Shown: piece by piece, positions 32,353-43,487 of the stretch | Layout of the letters: each line of letters opens with the position of its first letter | Position numbering within the stretch: the stretch's first letter is position 1 | Assembly: GCA_963782915.1 (NCBI GenBank) | Contig: CAWALK010000019.1 | Coordinates: 1 to 64,000, forward strand | Direction of reading: 5' to 3' | DNA length: 64,000 nucleotides | Source: an uncultured archaeon | GTDB taxonomy: Archaea; Thermoproteota; Bathyarchaeia; Bathyarchaeales; Bathycorpusculaceae | Notes under the pieces: model-generated | Database searches by the model: none | Told to the model about the DNA's origin: nothing | Seen by the model: only the letters and a program-made list of their open reading frames with translations | Made by a program: the position numbers and the translations under genes

Positions 32353-33378
32353 GTGATTATGATGAGGGCACGTGAAGGAGATTTAATCAGAACAAAAGCT
32401 AACGTGGTTTTTGACGTTAAAGGCACAGTACATCCCCAAGACAAAGTGATTGCGTTTCCACGGTTCATTCCCTCACCAGAAGGCACACGAAAAGGCAACG
32501 ACACAACTTATGGTAAAGTCTACAGCTTAGGCGACAGGTTTGCTTATCTTCAGAAGAATCACCCTGAACTAATTGTTTATGATCCTGTTTTTGGCGAAAC
32601 CCTCTGTGAAGTTCCCATTGACCAGATTGCTCAGCTCTATCAACCCTCTGAGAAACTCGCTCAACTTCGAGAGGCAAAAAACCGCAGTGTGCTCGAGGAG
32701 AAAGCTTATCGTTTGGCAGTTACACTCAAGGAAAAAGCAGACATTCCATGGAATGCAGTTGGCATCTCAGGCTCTATAATGGCAGGTTTAACCACGGAAA
32801 CCTCAGACATCGACCCATTGGTCTATGGCATAGAGAACAGCCGCAAAGCCTACAAAGCCCTCCAAGAACTCCGCGAAACGGAAGGTTCAGGCTTCAAAGC
32901 CTACACAACCCCTGAACTAAAAACGCTCTATGACTTCCGCTCCAAAGACACCCAAATGAGCTTCGAAGACTTCCAAGCGGTCGAAAACCGCAAAGCCTTT
33001 CAAGGCATGTTCATGGGCACAGACTACTTCATCCGCTTCGTAAAAGACTGGACTGACATCTCTGAGCAGTATGGGGATGTGTGCTTTGAGAACAGCGGTT
33101 ACTGCAAAATCTTCTCAACCATCGCCGACGACCAAGATGCCCTCTTTACCCCATGCACCTACAAACTTGGCAGCGTACAAATAATAAATGGACCTCAACT
33201 TTCGCCCATTGAGGAGATTGTTTCTTTCCGAGGCAGATTCTGCATGCAAGCCACTATCGGCGAACGGGTGGAGGCGCAGGGAAAAATCGAGTTGGTAACG
33301 AACAAAAAAAGCGGCAAAACACATTACCGCCTCATATTGGGCAATAAACCCCAAGATTACATGGTGCTTCTGCGTTAA
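32353..33378 (+). CDS. Pol-beta-type nucleotidyltransferase with C-terminal OB-like domain (paralogue A)
   Basis: REGD..F.VKG..HP; GISGSIMAG..SDID..VYG; SFRGRF..GE.VEA.GKIE. Confidence 0.78.
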   Translation: MIMMRAREGDLIRTKANVVFDVKGTVHPQDKVIAFPRFIPSPEGTRKGNDTTYGKVYSLGDRFAYLQKNHPELIVYDPVFGETLCEVPIDQIAQLYQPSEKLAQLREAKNRSVLEEKAYRLAVTLKEKADIPWNAVGISGSIMAGLTTETSDIDPLVYGIENSRKAYKALQELRETEGSGFKAYTTPELKTLYDFRSKDTQMSFEDFQAVENRKAFQGMFMGTDYFIRFVKDWTDISEQYGDVCFENSGYCKIFSTIADDQDALFTPCTYKLGSVQIINGPQLSPIEEIVSFRGRFCMQATIGERVEAQGKIELVTNKKSGKTHYRLILGNKPQDYMVLLR

Positions 33379-34450
33379 TGCAGGGCTTTTAGGACTTGCT
33401 CGTAGTAGCGTGGGCAATAAGTCAGCGTGACCTGCATGAAGCTGCCGCTTGGCGAGGTGACTTCTTCGAGGTTGCCTTCGACGATGATGGTTTCGTCGCG
33501 TTGGACTTGCTGGCGGAACTCTTCCATGTAACTGAAGACCCGTTTGGCTTCGATTGCTTCTCTGGGTCCACTTAGAACTTCTATGGGTTCAATTCCGTAG
33601 ACTGATGGGATGAATGGTCCATCGTCGTCTGCTGTTACGTGTGCTTTGAGTTTCACCCAGCCCTTCTGCACTATGCGCGCGTTTGGGTCGTATTCGTTTT
33701 TGATTTCGTTCCATGCTTTGACTGGTTCGAATTCGGCTTTGATGATTCTGCCGCTGCATTTGCGGTCATCGTATAATCCGTAGATGTATTTGCGGCGTTG
33801 ATGCCAAACGAAGTCTGGGACGGTAAAGTTTGTGAATAGCCAGCGTTTGCCTTTCATGGCTTCGTCGGAGGCGAATTCGTTTGTGAGTCCACTAGTTTGG
33901 GTCTGTGTAGAGTTCGGCGTTGGTTTCGCGGATTTTTTGGTTCTCGGCTTTGCCATAAATGGTGAAGTCTATGTCGCTGTATTTTGGGTGATGGAAGCCG
34001 TGGAGCATTGAGCCGAAAACCCCGAAGCTCTTCTTTTGAGACGCCAGATTTGCTGGTTGTAATGCTCAGTGCTCGTTCCATTGCCGCCAAGAGCGGGTCT
34101 GTTGGTCCCTTCTTTAGCAGTTCTTGAAGTCGGGGTTGTGGCTGCCGAGCTTCAACAATGAGGTTCTGGGGGACACCGACGAGTTTGAGCCCAAGCATTT
34201 CATGGTTAACAAGGTAATGCGGGTACTTTTTGGTGACGAGTTTCATGCCTTCGTCGTTATAGAATTTGTAGTAGAGTTCGCTTCTGCCTTCTCGTGGCGC
34301 TCGGGGGTCGGTTGAGATAAATATTTTTGAGCTGGCGTATTCCGCATCGCAAAGATAAGCGTTGGGTGGATGGCTGTAGCCGAAGACACGGAAAATAATG
34401 CCTTCAGCGCTCTGGATTGCGTCTCTGTCGCGCAGGTTTAGGTTGGCCAT
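33375..34450 (-). CDS. Nucleotidyltransferase paralogue B (frameshifted)
   Basis: RDRD..FRVFGYSHP; shifted frame FGVFGSMLHGFHHPKYSDIDFTIYG; SYMEEF..ETIIVEGNLE. Confidence 0.75.
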
Positions 34451-35496
34451 ATGTATTCTTCTTCCGAAGTAGCTGTGCCGACGACAACTTGGTAGAAGAC
34501 TGACTGCCGTCATTTGTTGATTGGGCTTTCTCTAAGGTGCCTGCGACTTTGATTTGCTGTCCTGAGCGGGCGACGTTTCGGTAGCAACCAATGTTTGAAG
34601 TGACCTGTGTTGGGATTTTGTCGATGTCGAGTTCGGATTGTGCATCCATCGGTTGGTAATTGCTGATTTTGTAGATTGCTGGGCGATACATCGTTTCAGT
34701 ATCATCACACACCGTTGCCAAGAACCGAACTGGGGCCAGTGGCGTGTAGGTGTAGTCGCCGAATTTGCCCTTGATTTCCTCGGGTTTTTTGGTGGCGTTG
34801 TACATCCAGATTTTGCCCTTGTATTTACCGACGAATTTGCGTGCTGCTTCAATGCGGTTGCCAGCGATGTAGCTGACTGTGCCCTGATTAGCGAGAATTT
34901 GCAGTGTCTGTTCTACTCTGCGGAAGTTCTCGGTGCCATACACGACGAAGTCGATGTCTGATTCGGGTGCATGCATCTCAAGTGCAGTGGAGCCATGAAG
35001 CCCTAAATCCGTCGTATGGAACGCCTGATTCTTTGTGGACTAGGTCGATGATTTCGAGCGCCATTTTCTGGAAGTCATCGGGGTTTTTTAGGTTCTGCAG
35101 CCAAACTAAGCGGTCTTTGGGTACAAATACTTGCTCGATTTTGTCCAGTGGCGCTGTGATGAGTTCTTTTCCGCGTGTTTGGTCGTAGTAGAGGTAGTTG
35201 GGGAAGTTTTTGCGGAAAGCCTCGATGAATGTTTGATAGTTTTTGGCGGTGTAGAGTTTCTCTGCACGGAACAATTGGGCGGTGAGGGGTTTTGTGCCGA
35301 ATTTCCATGTGCGCTGGAGCATTTCTACGTTGAAGAGGTCCTTGTACTTGGCTGGGATATATTTTAGAAATGCGAATACTCTGTCTTCGGGATGCTCGTA
35401 ACCGAATGTGTTCATGATGAAGCCGTCTTCGGTGACGAATGTGTCGCCGTCGGCTGGAACCCAAATAGTTGCTTCTTCCGTAACTTTACACCGCAA
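34438..35496 (-). CDS. Nucleotidyltransferase paralogue C (frameshifted)
   Basis: DGD..GYEHP..AFLKYIP; [23 protein letters not shown]; [17 protein letters not shown]. Confidence 0.75.
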
Positions 35497-35562
35497 AAAT
35501 AGATTTAGGTGAGACTAAAAAAGCATATTGCCAACAGCAGAGTGCTCTGTTGTGATTTTTTT

Positions 35563-35597
35563 CTCTATCCCCTCTATTTATAGGCTCAGCAAATGCT
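35563..35597 (-). repeat. Dispersed repeat, A2 core (partial)
   Basis: Reverse complement ATTTGCTGAGCCTATAAATAGAGGGGATAG. Confidence 0.6.
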
Positions 35598-36367
35598 GAA
35601 TTGTTGGCGATTGGCTTTTAATCGAGCTGTGCAATTGAGATGAAATTTAGTGGTTGTTCTACTGTTGTTGAACCCTGCTCCCAGACCATTTGTAATAACT
35701 AACAAAACCCGCACTACTCCTTTCCACGGTGTATCCCTACACGAGGAGTTGATGATGAAACAGCAAAATGTTTTTCTCCAGTATATCGATTAATAAGGTC
35801 AATCAAATGACTTGCCATGATGCTTAATCGTTGCTCTGCAACTGTAACTGCACCCCCTACGGTTGCAGCACACAAAGAAACAACAATAAAACGCTAAGCG
35901 CAACATACTTGCCATGCTCATCCCAACCTACCCAACATAGCTCAACTACGGATGGGACAAAAAAACCTTGCCCCATCCCAACGCTAACAGCAAAAACAGC
36001 CCAAACCAAAAAACCAACCACCCCCACAACCCACACATGGGATGGGAAAACTCTGGGCGATCTCAGACCCCACGAAGAACAAAAATGAGCACTAAGAGAA
36101 ATGAATTTTTTATCAACTTGGTACGGGGGACACGGTTATAAAAAACAAGTTGCAGAACACTAATAATAAAAAATGCACTATTGCTAACTATGGAGACTAT
36201 TTAGGGGTCTGTCTATGTTCACTGTTACAAGCAGGTTGGTTGCAACGCAACACGCAAGCAGAATAAAACTTTTTTGATCTCCTGATATATAGAACAAACT
36301 TTGTGGCAGCGTTACCTTTAATATTTCAATACCCATCCAGTTTAGATGCCCAAAAGGTGCAACTGTT

Positions 36368-37330
36368 ATGGCTAAAGCATTAAGCGTAAACCAATTAGCT
36401 TGGCAAAAAGCCCAAAAATTACTCGATAACCCCGAATTCTACGGCGTAGAAATCACCAAATCAACCGCGGGAGCCACCATCATCGATGCAGGCGTCAAAG
36501 CCCCCGGCGGTTTTGAAGCAGGCAAAATGCTCACCGAACTCTGCTTAGGCGGCGCAGGCAAAGCCGAAGTAGGCATGAAAAGCTACGGCGACTTAGACTT
36601 CCCCTCAGTCACAATCACCTCTGACCACCCAGCAATCGCCATGTTAGGCAGCCAATTCGCGGGTTGGCGCATAAAAGACGGCGACAACATCGCCATCGGC
36701 TCAGGACCAGCCCGAGCAATCGCATTAAAACCCAAAGAAATCTATGAAGAACTCCACTACACAGACCAAAGCGACAAAGCCGTCATCACCCTCGAAAGCA
36801 ACGTAATCCCAACCGACGTTCTAATTGAGAAAGTCTGCAAAGCAACCAACATCACCGCACCCAACCTGCTCATCGTTGTTGCCCCAACCGCCTCAGTAGC
36901 AGGCTTAACACAGGTCGCTGGCCGCGTTGTCGAAGTAGGTATACACAAACTTCACACTTTAGGTCTCGACTTCAATTGTATCCGCTACGCAATGGGTTAC
37001 GCCCCAATTCCGCCAGTCGGCCCAGACTTCGAAGTTGCCATGGCAAGAACCAACGACGTCATCCTCTACGGCGGAACAGTCTACCTAACAGTCGACTCCG
37101 ACGACGAAGCCAAACTTGAAAAGCTGGTTAAGGATGCACCATCCATTAACTCAAAAGACTACGGCAAACCATTCCTGCAAATCTTCCTCGACGCGGGCAA
37201 AGACTTCTACAAGATTGACCCAAGCCTATTTGCCCCTGCTGTCTTAATGATAAATAACGCCAAGACAGGACGAACCTTCAAGGCGGGACAAATAAATCCG
37301 AAAGTTTTAGCCCAAGCTTTGGGCTTCTAA
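36368..37330 (+). CDS. mch: Methenyltetrahydromethanopterin cyclohydrolase
   Basis: IIDAG, CLGG, SQFAGW, GSGPARA, APTAS.AG..Q...R..E, RTND..LYGG, DFYKIDP.LFAPA. Confidence 0.95.
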   Translation: MAKALSVNQLAWQKAQKLLDNPEFYGVEITKSTAGATIIDAGVKAPGGFEAGKMLTELCLGGAGKAEVGMKSYGDLDFPSVTITSDHPAIAMLGSQFAGWRIKDGDNIAIGSGPARAIALKPKEIYEELHYTDQSDKAVITLESNVIPTDVLIEKVCKATNITAPNLLIVVAPTASVAGLTQVAGRVVEVGIHKLHTLGLDFNCIRYAMGYAPIPPVGPDFEVAMARTNDVILYGGTVYLTVDSDDEAKLEKLVKDAPSINSKDYGKPFLQIFLDAGKDFYKIDPSLFAPAVLMINNAKTGRTFKAGQINPKVLAQALGF

Positions 37331-37344
37331 ATCTTCTTTTATTT

Positions 37345-37941
37345 TTAGTTTATTTTAACTCTTGATATTATTGCGATTGTTATTGCTATTGCGATAGGTA
37401 TCGTATAAGCTGCGACTATAGCATTGAAGAGTGCACCGACTGGTATGAAGGCTAAGGCTGCAGGTTCTGGTAATCCAAAGCCGATTGGGTAGGTTTGTTG
37501 CAGTGCAAAGTAGTTTACAACGGATGTGACGAGTATGCGTAAAGTAATGCCAAGGGCGGTTGCAGATAGCGTGATGACGAGGATGTGTTTTCGTAAATAG
37601 GTACCTATGTTATCCGTCTTGCATCCATGTGTTGCTATCTTGTATGGCAGGTATATGCCAAGCAACATTGAGAGTACGGCGATGAAGTTGTAGATTGGTC
37701 CAGTTGGGAGATCTCCTTGGAATACCGCAAAGAGTATTAGAGTATTTAAAGCGGCGACTGCTACACCCGTTTTAGGTCCAATTAGTAGGAACGATACTAC
37801 AATGGGGATTTCCCATAGTTGGAACCAAAGAAAGGTTGCTAAGGGGAAAGGGATTTTTGGTCCATAAACGTTTAGGGCTACCGCCAATGCGACGAATATT
37901 ATGATTAGTGCAAGTGATTTTGTGCTTGTTTTAGTGTTCAC
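37345..37941 (-). CDS. ECF transporter S component
   Basis: KIPFP..FL.FQLWEIP....GP..G; six TM helices. Confidence 0.75.
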   Translation of the reverse strand: MNTKTSTKSLALIIIFVALAVALNVYGPKIPFPLATFLWFQLWEIPIVVSFLLIGPKTGVAVAALNTLILFAVFQGDLPTGPIYNFIAVLSMLLGIYLPYKIATHGCKTDNIGTYLRKHILVITLSATALGITLRILVTSVVNYFALQQTYPIGFGLPEPAALAFIPVGALFNAIVAAYTIPIAIAITIAIISRVKIN

Positions 37942-38069
37942 TTTTGTTCCCTGCTTGGTATTTTATCCACTCAGCTACCTATTTAAGAGTAACTACCCAA
38001 AAAGAAGTACCTTATTTGGGCTAAAATACATAAACAAGCAAATCTAACAATATCGGTAAGTGAAGCGAG

Positions 38070-39324
38070 TTGACGGAAGCAACCATCCAATTCTCAACAT
38101 CCATAGACGCTAAACGTTGGCTAGAAGGACAAACAAACTCCGTCCTCACACCTGTCCATGCCCAAGCCAAAAAATTACGGGACGACATGAACCTCCAAGT
38201 TCAAGCCCTCACAGATGTCAGCAAACAACTCCTCGACGTAAGCAGCAAAGAAATCGAAAAAAGAAACATGAAAGTCTACAACCGCGCACGAGCCCTCAAC
38301 AAACTTGCACGGCTATTCCTCGATAGACTAAAAAAATTAACCCCGCCCGAACAGGTCTCCTACGACTCAATGAACCGCTACATACAAGAAATACAAAAAG
38401 TCATGCTTGTTACAGACATTGACATAAAAAACTGGTTCCCAAGAATCTCACCCTTCTTCATCATGGACCGAAGAAAATTCTTAGCGATCTACGAGAAGGC
38501 AAAACAATCCTACACATCCCTCAACGATTACGTAGTAAAAGAATACGTTAAAACCAAAACACTCGAAGAAGCACTACTGCAATTAAATGAGTTGCAAGGC
38601 GTCGAGAAACATCTGCTCACAATTCAAGAGGACAAAAACAACATAAAAAACGAGCGTGTACCCCTTGAACAAGAAATCGCCGATTTAGAACAAAAAATTC
38701 TTGAGCTACGAAGCAAAGGCCCCATCGATAAACTAAACCTCGTAAACACCGAAATCGAAACACTGAGCAACGAACTCAAAAACACCCTGCGCCATCTTCA
38801 AAAACCCTTCATCAAGATGCAGGCGCTGGCCACTTCAGGCGGCGGAGGAGGCATAGGCCCCGACGAACTCAACAAAATCAACCAATACCTAGAACGCACC
38901 CTTCGATGCACTGGTTCAAGAACAAACAGGCTATCCAGTGCTCAAAGAGATTCTAGAAAAACTCGAGGCTATGATGGCTAAAGACACGCTTAAACTTAAG
39001 CCAGATAAAGCCCGCAAAGCCGAACAGACAGCAAACGAGATTCTACGCAAAGATTCGCTGGCAAGTTTGCAAATTCGATGTGTAGAGATGGCGACGAACC
39101 GTGATCAGCTTTTGGCATCTGCTAAGCTGGATGAAACAAACCGTAACTTTGCCCAGTACCAGGAACAGGTAAACCTGCTTAAAGCCCGTAAAACCAGCGT
39201 AGAAACCCACGAGACGGTTAAAGCTAATTCGTATCAGGAGACGGTGGATAAAATAAGCAACATGAAACGCCTCATCGAACGTAACATTGCTTCGGCGTTA
39301 GATAAAAAAATCCAAATCGCATAA
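38070..39324 (+). CDS. Conserved coiled-coil hypothetical protein (frameshift near 38895)
   Basis: Two overlapping helical, charged ORFs 38070-38981 and 38938-39324. Confidence 0.7.
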
Positions 39325-39389
39325 GCGCTTTTTCTTTTTATTCCATAAATTCTTTAAAGCAACAGGGCTAATTTGAATGCTGAAACCCC

Positions 39390-40273
39390 ATGCCACAGTA
39401 CAGCACACTAAAGATGCCCATTGGCCAAACACGCCTTGTCTACGCAATATTCATGGCAGTTCCCATCGCCGTCTTCATGTACATGGCAACTGTGAATCTG
39501 CATTGGTTCACATTAAACCGATTAGGCTACGTTTTCTACGGCGTCCTGGCTGGTTTGCTGTTGGGTGTTGTTGAAAGCAGAATCGTCCTCTCCAGATTGT
39601 CCAAGGCTGCTGAAGCAACGGTTTGGGAAGTGTTTCCAGTTGGGTTGGCGTTGTTTGGTGTACCCTTTCTTGCAGTCATAACCCTACTGGGCTATTCGGA
39701 GTATGCGCCGTTTGGGTTATTCGCGTTCTTCCCACTCTTGATTAGCTTGTTTGCGGTTAGCGGCTGGTTCTACAGTCAATACGAAAAAGCCAAATCGTGC
39801 ATGTGTTTGTGTTTCCTTACGGCTTCAGGTATTGGTTGGAACCGAATCCTGACAATGACGACCGTTTCCGCTTCTTTATCCAAGATGTAGCTTCAAAGGA
39901 TACCTCATTGCTCTGGAGCCATATCGGTTACCCAGCAATTTTCCAGAGGCAACTAACAAAAAAGCAGGATATTGGAGACTCGCAAACAAGAGAAGCCTTA
40001 TTCAAGTTGCTAAAGACCATGCGCAAAACCCAAATTGTTATCTTGACGCATTTTGCGTTGACTATGGTTTTAACGCTTGTTTCCTTCGCTTTGCTGTTTA
40101 GCTTCTTTAAGAGTACTATTTTTTCCTTCAAAGTCGTTGATGTGTTGATGCCAACGATGCTTTTGCTTTGGGTGACGCTGGGAATTGACTTGTTTGCTTC
40201 AATGCGTTTGTTGAAGAAAAAAGCAGCCGCTATCCTATCAAATGTTGATACATCCCAACTTTCGCATGTGTAA
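39390..40273 (+). CDS. Membrane protein (frameshift near 39795)
   Basis: Overlapping hydrophobic ORFs 39390-39890 and 39797-40273. Confidence 0.6.
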
Positions 40274-40449
40274 AGCACAAAGGTTGGGTTAGACTACAGT
40301 TCTAGTCAAAAACCCCTAATATTTCAAGCGTTCAGTGGTGGGTTACGTTTTGTTTTGTCGGCGACCCCGTACTTGAGGGATTAGGCGGTAATGTACTTTA
40401 AAAAAAGCAGGTACTCTAAGAGCAACTACTATGACCCTTTTGCGTAGCT

Positions 40450-41130
40450 TCAACTAATCTCTTGCTTTGCCTTAACGACCCTGTAAACCAATAGAACGTG
40501 TTTTTTTACGGTTTTGCTTCGGATTAGCTCCAGTTTTACAGGCATATTTAGGGTCCTGAATAGAGTAACTGCTTTTTTGCCTACTATTTCTGGGGCAATA
40601 AACAATTGTATTTCATCCACCAACCCCTCTTCTAATAGTAAACTGGCTAAAACGCCGCCTGTATCAGTAGCAACCGTGTCTATACCATAACGCTTGTTAA
40701 GTTCTTCGAGCGCCGCTTTGTAATCAACATGGTCGTTACCAGCTACGAGGAAATCATAATGTCTTGCTTTAAGATACTCCAAATAATCCTTTGGAGTTGT
40801 GTTAGAAACTAAAAGGATTACGTCTTTACCATATCCAGATTGGCGAAAAATATGCAGAAAACCATTCAGTTTTCCTCTACTGTCTGCAATAGCCCAATAC
40901 GGTCGGTTATCTCCCTCTTTGATTGTTGGCTTCAAAAAATCGCTGGGCTGTTCAGCAGGGATGGTTTTGAGGAATATTTCCATGCCTAGTTTAGCAGTGT
41001 CTGACCCAACAAGCATTGCTTGAGCACCTATCCCACCAGCGACTTTATAATGCAAAGCTATGTCTACGTCGAAATCCTTAATTGCGCCGTCAACGCTAAC
41101 TGAATTATACACAACGACTTTTGGCAACAT
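40450..41130 (-). CDS. RibD C-terminal/dihydrofolate reductase-like protein
   Basis: SVDG.I, LVGSDT, DSRG, GG.L...L.EGLVDEI.LFIAP. Confidence 0.87.
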   Translation of the reverse strand: MLPKVVVYNSVSVDGAIKDFDVDIALHYKVAGGIGAQAMLVGSDTAKLGMEIFLKTIPAEQPSDFLKPTIKEGDNRPYWAIADSRGKLNGFLHIFRQSGYGKDVILLVSNTTPKDYLEYLKARHYDFLVAGNDHVDYKAALEELNKRYGIDTVATDTGGVLASLLLEEGLVDEIQLFIAPEIVGKKAVTLFRTLNMPVKLELIRSKTVKKHVLLVYRVVKAKQEIS

Positions 41131-41209
41131 AACCTACCGATTTGTTGCACTTTGTATTTGAGGTTTTTTTGCCAAATAACCGCCAAAAATTAACCTGCTT
41201 GTTTGGCGG

Positions 41210-42275
41210 TTGATGGTTGTTGTGCACATAGCCCTGCCAAAAAAAGAGGTGAAACGCCTGCAAAACGATTATGCGATCCAAACAATCAACCTCACAAAGA
41301 CATTCAAAACCAAAATGCCAGCTGAGGGCAGAGGCTTACTTGCACACAAAAAAACTGTGGAAACAAACGCTGTAGACAACCTAAATTTAGTAATCGAAAA
41401 AGGGCAACTCTTCGGACTGTTGGGGCCTAACGGTGCAGGCAAAACCACCTTAGTCAAAATGCTCTGCACCTTGCTTCCGCCTGAGGGTGGAACCGCACTC
41501 GTTAACGGCTATGACATTATCAAGCAGCAAATGATGGTTAAACGCTCCTTGGGCACGCTTTTTAGCGTGGGCGAGAGGGGCTTTTTTTGGCGACTCAACG
41601 GTTACCGTAATCTCGAATTCTTCGCCTCAATCTATAATGTGCCCCGCCAGAAGCGTCACGATCGCATAATGGAGGTTCTCAAACTCGTCGGTTTGGAGGG
41701 CAGCGCATTTGATCTCTACCAGAAATACAGCGGCGGCATGAAACGTAAGCTCTCCCTCGCCCGCACGCTGCTGCCTGACCCGCCAATCTTAATGCTTGAC
41801 GAGCCCACCGTGGGTTTAGACGTGATTTCTTCCCGTAACATCCGAGATTTCGTCAAAAACACCGTTAAAGAAACAGGCAAAACCGTACTCTACACCACCC
41901 ACTACATTGAGGAGGCAGCGCAAATCTGTGACCAAATCGGCATCCTCACGAAAGGGGCAACTTAATCGCCTGCGACACCCCCGACGCCATCCGAGGCATG
42001 ATTAAAAAAAGGCGAACTCATCTACATCGTCGTCGAAAAAATCACCCCCGAACAAACCGAGAATGCTTCGAGCATTCCCAGCCATAACCAACCTAACCGA
42101 AAACAACGATTACGCCATGGGTAACCAGAAGGGTTTCTGTTTGGAGCTAAAAAGCGTCGACCAGATTCCAGCAATCTTTGACTTTCTCTTCCAAGAAAAA
42201 ATCAAGCTCGTAAACTTCCGCCGAGAAGAACCCACCCTCGAAGACGCATTTATCGAACTCACAGGGAGGGCATAA
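41210..42275 (+). CDS. ABC-2 exporter ATP-binding subunit (frameshifted near 41960)
   Basis: GPNGAGKTT, YSGGM, LDEPT, TTHY, PTLEDAFIELTG. Confidence 0.92.
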
Positions 42276-42276
42276 C

Positions 42277-43074
42277 TTGGCGTTTTGGGATGAACTGGAA
42301 AAAATCTATTACTTCATGAAACGCGACATCATCAGTTTTAGCACATACAAAACCAACATAGCTATCCTCGTCATGACCGCACTGTTCGGCGCGTTGTCCT
42401 TTGCTTTTTTGGGTTCAAGCGTAGTGAGCCAAACCGTGCTTGAAATGTACAACATGGACTTTACAACCTACATAGTTATTGGCTTAGCGTTCAGCACCTA
42501 CCTTAACCAGTCTTTAACGTTGGTACAGAAAACGATCAATCCATGGGCACTCGAAGAAGTGTTGGTTTCGCCAACAAGGCTATCCACTTTTATCATCGGA
42601 AGCTCACTTTGGGGGTTCATCTGGAGCACCGCAGTCGTGGTGGTTTACCTTTCGGTGGGCGTCTTGTTTTTCGGCGTCAACTTAACCGTCAACCTTGCAG
42701 GCACGCTTATCGTGTTGGCGCTGGGTATTGGAACATTCATCGGTTTTAGCATGATCGGCGCAGGCATCCTAATCCTAACAAAACAGGGCGACCCCGTTAC
42801 GGCACTGATAACCATAACTACAGGCTTGTTCGGCAACGTCCTGTTTCCCCCACAGGTAATGCCTGCTGCCCTGCAAGCCATCGCCTATATTCTGCCCCAA
42901 TACTACTTCTTCACGAGCATACGCCTTATGCTTACGGGGTGGACGATACCTATGATTCTGCCTTACATTTTGATTTTGGGGTTGCAATGCGCCATCATTG
43001 TGCCGTTGGGTTACGGCGTCTATGCATGGTGTTTGAAGACGGCGAGGAAAAACGGAACCCTCTCATGGTTCTAA
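42277..43074 (+). CDS. ABC-2 exporter permease
   Basis: LEEVLVSP, FPP.VMP..LQ..A..LP; six TM helices. Confidence 0.88.
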   Translation: MAFWDELEKIYYFMKRDIISFSTYKTNIAILVMTALFGALSFAFLGSSVVSQTVLEMYNMDFTTYIVIGLAFSTYLNQSLTLVQKTINPWALEEVLVSPTRLSTFIIGSSLWGFIWSTAVVVVYLSVGVLFFGVNLTVNLAGTLIVLALGIGTFIGFSMIGAGILILTKQGDPVTALITITTGLFGNVLFPPQVMPAALQAIAYILPQYYFFTSIRLMLTGWTIPMILPYILILGLQCAIIVPLGYGVYAWCLKTARKNGTLSWF

Positions 43075-43143
43075 AAATTCTCTCAGCCAATGGTTTCCAA
43101 AAAGAATTAACCCAACGCACCACCAATTATTACATGGATAGGT

Positions 43144-43329
43144 ATGTATTCTAAATGTCCAACTTGCCACTCGGACACCTACAAATTCTCCACCGAAGTT
43201 TACATCTGCAAAAACCCAGACTGCCGACACGTAGACACACGCTTACTCAATAAGATGCTTAAAGAAATCGGTTTAGATGAGGCAGTTATAGAAAAAGTTG
43301 AAGCAAACGTTGTTGCTGCCATGGTTTAG
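43144..43329 (+). CDS. Small zinc-ribbon protein
   Basis: CPTC..(11)..CKNPDC. Confidence 0.6.
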   Translation: MYSKCPTCHSDTYKFSTEVYICKNPDCRHVDTRLLNKMLKEIGLDEAVIEKVEANVVAAMV

Positions 43330-43444
43330 CTATTGTTGCTTCTAGAGTTTAGCATAGGTTAACGTTTGGAAATGTAGGAAGGACCCTATCTGGATCAAAT
43401 TAGGGTTCTAAGAAGAAACTATCGCTGAAGGGTATTTTCCGCTT

Positions 43445-43470
43445 TTATATAAGGGAGGGGGAGGTACCTC
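43445..43470 (+). repeat. Dispersed repeat, A1 core (partial)
   Basis: TTATATAAGGGAGGGGGAGGTACCTC. Confidence 0.6.
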
Positions 43471-43487
43471 TGAGGTAGGTAGTCTAT

